DNA of 56,780 nucleotides, filler included, from Squatina squatina (Eukaryota): assembly GCA_031763465.1 (NCBI GenBank). It is 4 parts of 4 records of this genome, joined end to end, with 100 filler letters (N's around TTAATTAATTAA, not from the genome) between each part and the next. Parts side by side here need not be neighbours in the genome. Positions count along the whole stretch, not along the records: positions 1 to 13,448 come from JARFOE010000233.1; positions 13,549 to 27,340 come from JARFOE010000072.1; 2 more parts are not named here. One strand, 5' to 3'. The notes beneath the pieces are model-generated. The model was given only the letters and a program-made list of their open reading frames with translations. It had not been told where the DNA came from and made no database searches. The number at the start of each line of letters is the position of its first letter. Within the stretch, counting starts at the first letter, position 1. This document shows positions 11,666 to 23,006 of this stretch, in pieces. The translations under genes were made by a program, and so were the position numbers.

Positions 11666-12099
11666 NNNNNNNNNNNNNNNNNNNNNNNNNNNNNNNNNNN
11701 NNNNNNNNNNNNNNNNNNNNNNNNNNNNNNNNNNNNNNNNNNNNNNNNNNNNNNNNNNNNNNNNNNNNNNNNNNNNNNNNNNNNNNNNNNNNNNNNNNNN
11801 NNNNNNNNNNNNNNNNNNNNNNNNNNNNNNNNNNNNNNNNNNNNNNNNNNNNNNNNNNNNNNNNNNNNNNNNNNNNNNNNNNNNNNNNNNNNNNNNNNNN
11901 NNNNNNNNNNNNNNNNNNNNNNNNNNNNNNNNNNNNNNNNNNNNNNNNNNNNNNNNNNNNNNNNNNNNNNNNNNNNNNNNNNNNNNNNNNNNNNNNNNNN
12001 NNNNNNNNNNNNNNNNNNNNNNNNNNNNNNNNNNNNNNNNNNNNNNNNNNNNNNNNNNNNNNNNNNNNNNNNNNNNNNNNNNNNNNNNNNNNNNNNNNN

Positions 12100-12162
12100 G
12101 TAGATTAAAGTCACCCATGATTACTGTCGTACCCTTATTGCATGCATCTCTAATTTCCTCTT
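12100..12162 (-). mobile_element. CR1 endonuclease fragment
   Basis: EEIRDACNKGTTVIMGDFNL contains the APE GDFN motif. Confidence 0.7.
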
Positions 12163-12663
12163 TATGAAATCGCAATTGTTGTCTCCAGTGCCTGCTGTTC
12201 AACCACAAATCATTCTCTTTTCCCCTTTCCTCTATTTTTCCCCCACAATTCTCTTTCTCCCTCCAAACTGAGGCCAGTTGTGTATTCACTTGAGATTGAT
12301 TACTAAATACAGATCAAGGACTGAACCTGACACCACATCCATTTGGTTCAGATAACACTTTGTGGTGTGCCACCCACTGAATTACTGGGGATGTTGGCAG
12401 AACCACTAAGTGTTAGATTTTTTTTGTTGAGAAAATCTTATAAAATGTGAAAATAAATATTTTACATTGGAGGAGTGTAGCTACCAAATTTAAACTGGTC
12501 ATCAAACTCAAAAATCAACAAGGGTAATGTCACGATGACAACGAGAACTGCAAAACAATTTGATAAATATGCAGATGAATATATGAATTCAAAAACAAAC
12601 TTGAAAATTTGAAATGTGGGCTGAATTTTTGCTGCGTAACTTTAAAATGTACCTGTGTTTTAG

Positions 12664-12798
12664 GAAAATGGCGTGTACCTGAATGTCGTGGTTACAAACG
12701 TCTGTTCAGATGGGACCATCTACTGTCAAGTGCCCTCAAAGGGGTGGACCCAGCTCAGTGCCTTACTGGAAAAAGTTGAGCATTATTTTAGCTACCGG
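12664..12798 (+). CDS. TDRD7: TDRD7 internal exon (extended Tudor region)
   Basis: ENGVYLNVVVTNVCSDGTIYCQVPSKGWTQLSALLEKVEHYFSYR; TTTTAG acceptor, GTATGT donor; 135 nt, in phase with 10775-10977; absent from the ORF track. Confidence 0.92.
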
Positions 12799-13448
12799 GT
12801 ATGTTTCACTTTTAATCCCTTAAGTGTTTAAAAAAATATATATATGCTGATTTATGTGAATGTAAGGATTCCTATGTTGTTGCTGTGAATGCAATATTCA
12901 AATCTTTGATATAAATGTTGGATATTATGAACCTGGTAGAAAGCCCTGAAACATTTGTTCACGAGTTGCCAGGGAATGTATTTTGTGTTTGGTTGATTTA
13001 AAATTCTTTTTGTGCCTAATCCTCAATTACTTTTGTCTCCTGTTCCTTATTGTAGTGTCCATCTTGCTCTTTCACCTCTGTAAGCTTCTTGCTTACTGTG
13101 CCTTCGTTTTCTCCCATGTGGCTTTATGTTTCAATCTCTGGTCTTGCAAGTTGCATTACTGATGTGTTCAATTTCCAACTTTTATCTTTAGTTGAACTCA
13201 GTTACGCAGCAAAATGGTAATTATCATGTACAGTGTCAGGCATGAGTAATAGGATTAGACTGGAATGACTTTCTGGGAGATGGGTGGGTGGCTGAGCATA
13301 GTCATTGAGGATGGGGTATGGGATACCAAGGATTTGCGGCTCAGGTGCACGGTGTGTGGTGGATGGAGTTTTGTAGCTAGGGACTAGGCCCTGGAGCACT
13401 GTTTGGAGGAAGATAGGGCTGAAGACCTCTCTGGGCAGGCTAAAGGAG

Positions 13449-13548
13449 NNNNNNNNNNNNNNNNNNNNNNNNNNNNNNNNNNNNNNNNNNNNTTAATTAA
13501 TTAANNNNNNNNNNNNNNNNNNNNNNNNNNNNNNNNNNNNNNNNNNNN
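13449..13548. other. Artificial scaffold linker (44N-TTAATTAATTAA-44N)
   Basis: Six-frame stop 12-mer at 13493-13504, centred in Ns. Confidence 0.97.
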
Positions 13549-16031
13549 CCAACTCTCCACCCATGAAGGCCCTTTACGTCCGATGCGTGCGATCTGTCAA
13601 TAGGATTCTTAACAGATCTCAAGTTCTGGGTTTAGGCGCACGTGCAGTGCAAGCCTAAAACCGGAACTTGCGCAGCCCCTACGAGTGTGTGAGCACCTCG
13701 TACGTGCCTGTAGTAGCTGCGAATTCAGCCCCATTGTGTACAGGGTCTTGTGCAGTTTATGCAGATCTAACCAGTAGTGGCACCACGAATGCCAGAGATG
13801 CACCTGACCTGGTTCTGCATGTACGGAACAGCATTGGCATGGAGTCTGTATCAGCAACAAAAAGGTCAGAGCTGCTGTAACATTAAATTTTAAGATGTCT
13901 GTGAAAGAAAAATATAACAAGACATGGCTAAGTGCAGTGTCTCTGGTTGTTCCATTATCAAACACACCTCCGTCCAACTGATGGAAGGCTTTTATGGTTG
14001 CAAAATGAAACAGTCTTTTCACTCAACCAAGTACAGACTGTCTAAAAGAGACCTTCCTATTTGTTTNNNNNNNNNNTGGACCCAGAAAGATTTTGTTATA
14101 TTTTAATGCCAGTCCTGAATTACCCAGAAACTGTTACCCCACTGCAACCATTACTTGAACATAATGATCCAAAGGGAAAAATCCTATCCCCATCAAGGAT
14201 TTCAAAAACTCTGAACTGTATAAGTTGTGATAACTGTCACAAATCTGCTTAATGTGCACAGTAGAAGAATATTTACAATCTTATTTCGACAAATATTCGT
14301 ATTCTACCCTTAAATCAAGCAGACAGCATAAATTTGAAAAGCCTTTAAACGTTGGTCCCTGTGGTGTAATTGTGGTCTCCTATTACAGGAGAACACTAAA
14401 TCAGTTAGAGTTTTGTGTTCTTCCTCCAAGAAATAAAATTAAAGCTCACCAAATAAATCTGAACTACTGTGTGCTTAGGACTTCCTTTCATTTTTTTTTA
14501 AAAAACCAGTACAACCCTTCTTTGACCCCAACATCTGTGGCCAATGCAAAATGGGGACACACTAGAAACGGGCTTTTAGGAATTTCTGTTTCAGAAAGCA
14601 GATGTTAATTCACCATGCAAGGCCATTCGTTAATTGTCATTATTTGGTCCTTTATCACATGAAAAGACTGGCACTGAAATATGGACTCAATAAATCACTC
14701 TGACACAAAGGTCTACAGTGGCTTAAGAGGTTTTCTATCTCATTCTGAGGTAACCATTTCAATGCAAATTACATAAAAGAAATTGTAAATTACATCACTT
14801 CAATATTGGAAAGCAGGCTATATTTAGCAGGAAATATTAATTCTTTAATATGCATTTTAGCAGAGCCAGGAAGGAATACTTTATTAAATTCATAAAGAAC
14901 TACTCTTTCAAATNNNNNNNNNNNNNNNNNNNNNNNNNNNNNNNNNNNNNNNNNNNNNNNNNNNNNNNNNNNNNNNNNNNNNNNNNNNNNNNNNNNNNNN
15001 NNNNNNNNNNNNNAAAAAATAGTACATTCTGATTGGACTGTCCCTTTCCAGCTCGGTACTTAATTTCTATTTTTGTTTGACTTTACCTTTCCCAACCGTG
15101 GTCTCATTTCCATGCAACACACTTCAACTCCGAAGGTGAGTGATCCAAGCGGCAAATATGTGATGGTGCCTGATGACAATTGTCAGGGTTATTCAAGATC
15201 AACTGGCTGTGAAGATAGTGCAGTTACCACTTGGTTAGTGGCCACTTTTCAAAATTATTTGTAAAGCTTTCATACACTTGAGATTATTAAGGCAAAGTTA
15301 TTTAAAGGCAATCCTAGCCACCTTCACTTATACAGTTAAGATTCAGCTGTGACACAACTTTGTATCAAATATTCAGTTACCAGATAATTGCACACAAATA
15401 CCGCAACCTACACCCTAAGTTAAACTACTTCACAATCGAAGACTAACAGCTCCTGGCAGACAGATTTTAAATTTTTTCAAACAGTAAGTGACTGCAATTG
15501 GTGTGGTGTAATTTAATTTGAATGAAATCCAAATTAAACGACTAATCACTTGTAGATGAATTGTGAAACTTTTTAGCAGATGTGGCACACAAGCCATACA
15601 ACAAAACCCAACTTGGTTGCCTCTGGCAACTACCAGCTTATTTGAAAGATTATTGTAATCAGACACTCTTTTGCTAGCATCTCAACATCTCTTGAAGAGG
15701 GAAAATAACTGATCTATGACCTGTAATTCACAATAACTCATTACGAAAATATGTAGAAGCTGACGGCAAGTGAATACCTGCACACTGCATGATCCATCCA
15801 TGTCTGATCTTCAGTGAGGATACAAAAGGAAGATGACATGGCATAACAAATACACACCAGCAAGTTTGAATGTAAACTCCACTGCGTGCAAGAACCATAA
15901 CAAAGACACTATTTCATTTTTACAAAGCAAAGTACAGTCAAATAGATTACCTTCAACCTACCTAGTATAGGCAGAACACTGGCATAAGAAAAAAAAGCCT
16001 TATTACAGCCAATGGTGAAAATGATTTGCAA

Positions 16032-16177
16032 AGCTTCCTCCCACTCTGCTTCCTGTAAGGACTCCATTCCATTCTCCCAGTTCCTCCGTCTCTGTCGCAT
16101 CTGTTCTGACGATGACACCTTCCAAACCAGTGCTTCCAACATGTCTTCCTTTCTCCTCAACCGAGGATTCCCCTCTA
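16032..16177 (+). mobile_element. Penelope-like element RT C-terminal fragment
   Basis: SSHSASCKDSIPFSQFLRLCRICSDDDTFQTSASNMSSFLLNRGFPS. Confidence 0.85.
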
Positions 16178-16277
16178 NNNNNNNNNNNNNNNNNNNNNNN
16201 NNNNNNNNNNNNNNNNNNNNNNNNNNNNNNNNNNNNNNNNNNNNNNNNNNNNNNNNNNNNNNNNNNNNNNNNNNNNN

Positions 16278-16785
16278 TGCAATTGCACTGGCAAGATAGG
16301 CGTACCAATATCAGTGTCCTCTCTCAGCAAAATTCCCCACATCGAGGCACGTTCAACCAACTGTGATGAGTGGGCCACATTGTCCGCAAGCCCGAATCAA
16401 GACTCCCGAAACAAGCACTGTATTCTGAGCTTTGTCATTACCAGGAGGGCAGAGAAAGCGCTTCAAAGAAGCCCTCAAAGCCTCCCTGAAAAAATTTAAC
16501 ATCCCCACTGACTCATGGGAATCGATGGCCCAAGACTGCCGGAACTGTCCGTGAAGGTGCCAACCCTTTCGAGTTTCTCTGGCGGGAGCACATGGAGGCC
16601 AAGCGCAGGCAGCACAGGGAGTGTGGAAACCCGAGTGTCCCATCCTCTCGCCCCATCAAATACCATCTGCTCCACCTGTGGTAGAGTCAGTGGATCCCAG
16701 ATAGGATTGTTCAGTCATCTCAGAACCCACAACTCTGGAGTGGAAGCAAGTCATCCTCGACCTCGGCCTAAGAAGAAGAGAAGAA
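16278..16785 (+). mobile_element. RTE-clade (BovB-like) LINE 3' end
   Basis: QLHWQDRRTNISVLSQ, GGQRKRFKEALKASLKKFNIPTDSWES, terminal CSTCGRVSGSQIGLFSHLRTH zinc knuckle and (AAG)n tail; frameshifted. Confidence 0.85.
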
Positions 16786-19700
16786 TTAACAGCTGGCGCC
16801 ATTCGTTCACTGCTGACCGCAAAATCCGAGCCATTTGTCTTCAGTATGCACAGAACAATAGACTGAATTGCAGATCCCAAAATATTACTCCAAATTCTGG
16901 AGTCCCATGGAATAATAACAGCATTTAATTTATTCCGTCACCATTAAGCCCTGGCCCTGATCATTAACCTATCTTCAGGGCTGCTTTATGAGCTGTCAGC
17001 TTTTTGAGGGTTTGTGTCAGTTAACAATCTTCCCGTTTAGCTACACGGCTCCCACGCAGTTTGCTTGCTGGTTTCTCAATGGGAAAACCACGTATGCCCA
17101 GAAGTTTGAATGAGCCCCACAACCCCACGAAAAAAAATTAGAAGGAGCATTTGTCGGCAACCCCACAGATACCAATTAGTACACATAAATATAGTTTGGA
17201 AGGGCTGATGAAATTCATTTCTAACTACCACATCTCATGAATAATAGTGAGTATTAGACATTTTAGCTCTAGCTAGCTTTACGTGTAATTCATCAAAGTT
17301 TAGTAGATTTCATTTTTAATGTTTCAATGATAAGTGTCACTGATTTTAGACCTGGAGTATGGGGAGAACATGTTGGCATTTTCACATTTGCTTTGTTAAA
17401 AGGTCATGGAATGCCATAGCTTCAACAAAAAGAAGTGAATTTTTTTATAAGTTATCACCAGAAAAATAATTATGCATATAAGTTGAGTTACCTTCTATGT
17501 AAAAGGCCAAAACCAATCAATAAATTAGAATAGGTAACAAATCTGTTCTGAGTAATGCAAACTGTCCCAGTATATACATATTCCTGGTAAATACATAACT
17601 GAAAAAAGATTTGAGATTTTAAATAGTTTCCATGCTTTAGTGAGCCTTTAGTGTTTAGCAGAATTTGTTTGCCAGCTGAATGTTTAACTGGATGACATAG
17701 ACAACACCTGCCCATCACATTTATTCTGTAACATGCCTTTTCCCAAGAAAAATAACCAAAGTTAAAGAGAATTATTTTTGTTCAGTTATTTTGTAGCAGT
17801 AATTCATCTTGCCCAGCACAGTAAATTTACTGTGGCTATCACTCCAAAAAATGGAAAGTACAAATATGCCTGCACTTTCCATGGCTTCTCGTGTTACGTA
17901 AGTGGAAGCTTCTTAGAGATTCGAAAAGGTTCGTTCATACAGCACAGTAAGTAATATATAACAGGTCAATCAGAAACATCAAAGGACTGTAATTCTATTC
18001 TAATCTCCCAGAGCACATGTTGACACAGCTGGTTGATAATTCAGTTTTTGGTTTTCTCTACATTAAATACATTAAATACTAATGGGTGCTTGATTGCTTT
18101 CACATGGTTTATGGTTATTGCGTAAAGAAAAATTTTCAAACCACGTCATTCAGATGTAACAAGATATGCCAGCAAATTAAATCTATTGATGAATTGTCAT
18201 TTCAAGAAAGTTTGCATTACGTACAAAACTGGCTACTAATAACTGTGCACGCAGTTACTAAAACTACCATAAGTCCAATGTGGACCTTGTGGATGCTATT
18301 CACAATATCTGGGGGCCCCAATTGGTGTGTGAATGTCAGCGTCAATCGGGTGCGAAATGGGTGTTAGACCTCTAACACCCACTGGCGGCGGAAGCAGCTG
18401 ATGGAGCGGAATTGGGAAGCGTGAAAACAGCGTTGGAGGCTGGGCGCCGGCGGCGGGGGTTGAGACGGCGGCAGGCGGTGATGACGCCATCAGCCTACGT
18501 GCCGCAGTATTGGTCAGCACCCCCAATGTAAAAAGAGGCCCTGCCCACGCCCGGATTTTTCTGCGCAGACCAACTCCATCTTCTCCATTCTGGCGCGATT
18601 TAAAGAGGCCTGACTGGAGGCCATTTTGAATCAGTGACTTTGTCTGCCAGTGTTGTAGAGCTGTAAATCTCAGGGTTATCAGCAGTACGTTGCTCTTTAT
18701 GGGACATAGCTTTCTGAATTGCAGCTGCAATCTCACGTCCTTGTCGTAGGCCATATGGGTTTGAAAAATATGGATGCAGCTTTAGTGGTGGATATGGNNN
18801 NNNNNNNNNNNNNNNNNNNNNNNNNNNNNNNNNNNNNNNNNNNNNNNNNNNNNNNNNNNNNNNNNNNNNNNNNNNNNNNNNNNNNNNNNNNNNNNNNTGG
18901 CTTTTGTTTCGCTCTTGACCTTCCAATGTGTGATAGATAGAGCGCAATGGAAAAGGTCAAACCCAGCACCACAGGCAACCACTATCATTGGATTTCGTAT
19001 TGCATGCTTTTTAAGATCAGCTTTTTATGTGACACATTCCTGGGCATATATATCCTTGCTATACATTTTATATTTCAAAATGTCTGACCTTGCTCCACAA
19101 GCTGTCTGGCTCACTGTGCTCATAAATCAAATTACAACCATAAAATTTAACGCGGCCTCTAGTTTATTTTAAACCTGTTTGATTAATAAGCCAACGAGTC
19201 TCTTCAGTGTAACGTATTTTTCCCCATTGCTTTCAGAGTGAAGCACTTATAGTCAAGTTTATCTACAGGTGGTTAAATATCACTGATGTGGATAATCACA
19301 TTGCAACCATTGACAGCCCAGGAAGGCTAACGTCTTTTCCAATAAGCCCTGTGTTCTTCTCATCTAGTCTCCTGTTTACATTCATACCTGCTGTATAAAC
19401 TCATGTGGGTAGTGTCCCAGTTCTGCAGACTTCAGATTGTTTTAATCCAGCTGTGCAGATGTGAATCAGTGCTGTTTCATCAAATTCACCAGGTCTCCCC
19501 TTGCCTGCAGCTTGGATTCTGTAGATCAAAGAGAAAAGCTCCCTCACAGCAAGACCACAGTTCATTACACCAGTGTCTGTGTTTTTCTGAACAAAGCCCA
19601 ATCAGTGGGTTTAGTTTTAGTAACTGGTGTAACACAGGATTTATGTTACAAACTTAAAGTATAGATGAGGTTTGTGGGGCGGAGGTAGGTTGGGGGGAAG

Positions 19701-20224
19701 GGGAATCCTGGCTTGGATCTGTGCCTTGTTGCTTTCAGACCATGCCACATATTGTCACATCCACTGAAGTGAATGACTGTTTAGTTAATAGGAACTTGGC
19801 AACAGATTTTTTTTAAAACATTACATTTGAAGTTTACTATAATAGAAAGCATACTATAGATTACACAAGTTTACTGGACATACATATTACTATTTTCATT
19901 TGGATTTTAGCATTGTTCATACATTAATTGCATTATTTTCACTAAACTGATAAGACTGTCAGATGAGCTGCAGATATGATGATAGCTTGAAATTCCATGG
20001 ACACTGTTTTTAAACTTGCCAGTCGGTCGGGTGCAGCCTCTGGCTGGAATCGCTGGAATATTTTAGGGATATTATGGAACAACACGGTGTCTAATGGGAT
20101 TTCCCACGCTGCTTCTATTACGTTCTTTATCGGGAATGATTGGATGAACAGGAGTCTCCTCTTCTGGAGTTTATTATGAGCAGTTGTACCTTGTTGACTA
20201 GTGCGCATTTCAGGATAAAAACAG

Positions 20225-21110
20225 CAATTGCTGAAGTTGCACATTTGCAGCCATTTCCCGAGATAGCATTAGGCTCATTAATGTTCTCTGATTCTTCCGG
20301 TAAATGTGTCCCTTCCTCTACTGCCATGTCCGCCTCTGTGGATGAAGACTCGTCTGAAAAGAGCAAGGGGAGATCACATACATAAGAATGAGGGGGGATG
20401 GGAGCTGGCATGGGGACAGACTTGCTTCCAACATTACAATGGGCTGCATCTTGAGGCGAGAGGGTCACAAGCCGCAATGCTACTGAGGGACTCATACACT
20501 TACCATCATCTGCAGTAGGAGGAGGCACACCACCCCCTGCCACTGGGTGGCTAACGTCAGCACCAAGGATCCTGGTAACGTCTTGCTCGATGTCAGTGGA
20601 ATTACATCGTCCTCTCCTCCACCTGTTTGCACTTGCTCCCTTCTGTTCCTCACCAGCTTCGACTGCATATAATAGGACAACTACATTAAAGTGGATACTT
20701 CACATACATCTACCCAGTGCATGTAATGCCCAAGAAACTGTGACATTTGTTTCAAGGTTACAATTCATCATGCTTGCATGTACAACACGTTACATTACTT
20801 GATTTTCAACATACCATTCACAATCACTGCACATCTCTCACACATTTTGCATTGAAGACAACATTACACTTACACTTACCTTTACAGAATGACTAAAGTC
20901 ATTAAATTTCTTGCGGCACTGATGGCCTGTACACGCCACCACATCCGCTGCCAAGACTTCTGTGGCAATCTCCCTCTACAAAGCCTTCAGCATTTGTGTG
21001 CTTCCCCTTCGGCAAGTAGTCTGGCCGCCCTCCTCTCCACCGACAAGACATGAGTCCCCAGGGCTGCATCATTGAACTTGGGGGCTCTAGCGCCTTTTCC
21101 ACCACCAGCT
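20225..21110 (-). mobile_element. Decayed Harbinger/PIF-type Myb/SANT-like gene (3 exons)
   Basis: Exon ~21110-20880 RAPKFNDAAL...L*REIATEVLAADVVACTGHQCRKKFNDFSHSVK; exon 20662-20504 SKLVRNRREQVQTGGG; exon from 20353 DESSSTEAD...; GT-AG introns, frameshifts and a stop at the conserved Trp. Confidence 0.75.
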
Positions 21111-22960
21111 ATTCCTTAAGCAAAAAAGCAGTTTGCAACTTGCAGCAGCCTTGTCCNNNNNNNNNNNNNNNNNNNNNNNNNNNNNNNNNNNNNNNNNNNN
21201 NNNNNNNNNNNNNNNNNNNNNNNNNNNNNNNNNNNNNNNNNNNNNNNNNNNNNNNNNNNNNNNNNNNNNNNNNNNNNNNNNNNNNNNNNNNNNNNNNNNN
21301 NNNNNNNNNNNNNNNNNNNNNNNNNNNNNNNNNNNNNNNNNNNNNNNNNNNNNNNNNNNNNNNNNNNNNNNNNNNNNNNNNNNNNNNNNNNNNNNNNNNN
21401 NNNNNNNNNNNNNNNNNNNNNNNNNNNNNNNNNNNNNNNNNNNNNNNNNNNNNNNNNNNNNNNNNNNNNNNNNNNNNNNNNNNNNNNNNNNNNNNNNNNN
21501 NNNNNNNNNNNNNNNNNNNNNNNNNNNNNNNNNNNNNNNNNNNNNNNNNNNNNNNNNNNNNNNNNNNNNNNNNNNNNNNNNNNNNNNNNNNNNNNNNNNN
21601 NNNNNNNNNNNNNNNNNNNNNNNNNNNNNNNNNNNNNNNNNNNNNNNNNNNNNNNNNNNNNNNNNNNNNNNNNNNNNNNNNNNNNNNNNNNNNNNNNNNN
21701 NNNNNNNNNNNNNNNNNNNNNNNNNNNNNNNNNNNNNNNNNNNNNNNNNNNNNNNNNNNNNNNNNNNNNNNNNNNNNNNNNNNNNNNNNNNNNNNNNNNN
21801 NNNNNNNNNNNNNNNNNNNNNNNNNNNNNNNNNNNNNNNNNNNNNNNNNNNNNNNNNNNNNNNNNNNNNNNNNNNNNNNNNNNNNNNNNNNNNNNNNNNN
21901 NNNNNNNNNNNNNNNNNNNNNNNNNNNNNNNNNNNNNNNNNNNNNNNNNNNNNNNNNNNNNNNNNNNNNNNNNNNNNNNNNNNNNNNNNNNNNNNNNNNN
22001 NGTGTTTATCCAATATATGATGAAAAGAGATCAGCAAGTCCAGATACAGTACCACACTAGATTAGTACCTGCAGATTCAGACTTGATGTCAGCTATTATT
22101 TAAGAATGATATTAGATAGCTGGAGCAAATATGTTTTTTAAAATTTTGTTTTGAACTGACTGCTGATACAACTATTTTGACTGCCTAGAAGTTTATTTGC
22201 TGTGTAAGTAAAAGACATGAAGCCTGAGCAATGTTAAGTGACAGGGGTTAAGTATCTGATGGAATCCCAATGGAGTGGAATATTTTTGGGTTATTCTTGT
22301 TCCATTGGATAAAATTTCTGTGTAGCGTGGGAAAGAGTGCAGGGAGTCTTGGATGACAGGAATTCATGTTTATTAATAATCTATATTCAGCCTGCATTTG
22401 ACTCTTGAGGTCAATTTTGCAGCAACAGATTAGATATTTTACTAAAAAATTGTTCACTATGTTACTGTATGTCACACTGGTGATCTCCTCTGCTCCTCCG
22501 CAACCGAACATCTCCTCGGCACTCCCTCCCTCCGCTCCACCATTGGTATTCTTGTTCGGTGCCCACGTCTGTTCAAGGCAGGAACCTTGGCTTTTCTTCC
22601 CGTTAGCTAATCCAGGGGCTCTGAAGCCAACTGTAGCATCCCAACTGCTTCTTTAAGCTGAGATTAGCTAATCGAGCACAAGACTAGAAATCGAACCTTA
22701 AACCTTCTGATCTGTCTGGTTTATTACTGCACCGGGCAGCACCGGTATCCACAAGACCATTGGAGGAGCTTTAGGCTTTCTCTTAAATGGTTGGGAATCC
22801 AGATATTTAAGAACAATTTACGATCGGAAATTCAAATGCTGTAAAAGTAACCTCAGTGATCTGACCAGTTATTTTGCCATGGCTGAGACTTTCTTTGGAT
22901 AGGAAGTTAATAATTATCCTGCTGACTTGTACTGTGATCTCTTGGAAGAGGAATATCTGA

Positions 22961-23006
22961 TGAGTCTGTTAAAAAGCTCACTGAGTCTGTTAAAAAAGCT
23001 CACTGA
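22961..23006. repeat. Short tandem duplication (~21 nt x2)
   Basis: TGAGTCTGTTAAAAAGCTCAC repeated twice. Confidence 0.7.

Noticed and set aside
11240-12162. Single full-length CR1 spanning the gap
   Set aside because: Endonuclease and 3' end are only about 430 nt apart, far too short; these are separate or collapsed fragments
13493-13504. TTAATTAATTAA as a biological site (homeodomain site, piggyBac target)
   Set aside because: Always centred in 44+44 Ns; synthetic
13924-14066. MAKCSVSGC... as a THAP zinc finger
   Set aside because: Lacks the conserved Pro, Trp and CxxHF residues
19942-20224. ORFs on both strands next to the Myb relic, and a GGGATTTCCC NF-kB-like site
   Set aside because: No recognisable domain or splice pair; one 10-mer is not enough evidence
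21050-22060. Long ORFs in the track (also 1623-2216, 11510-12289, 29695-30651, 48842-49154)
   Set aside because: They are open only because they read through N runs
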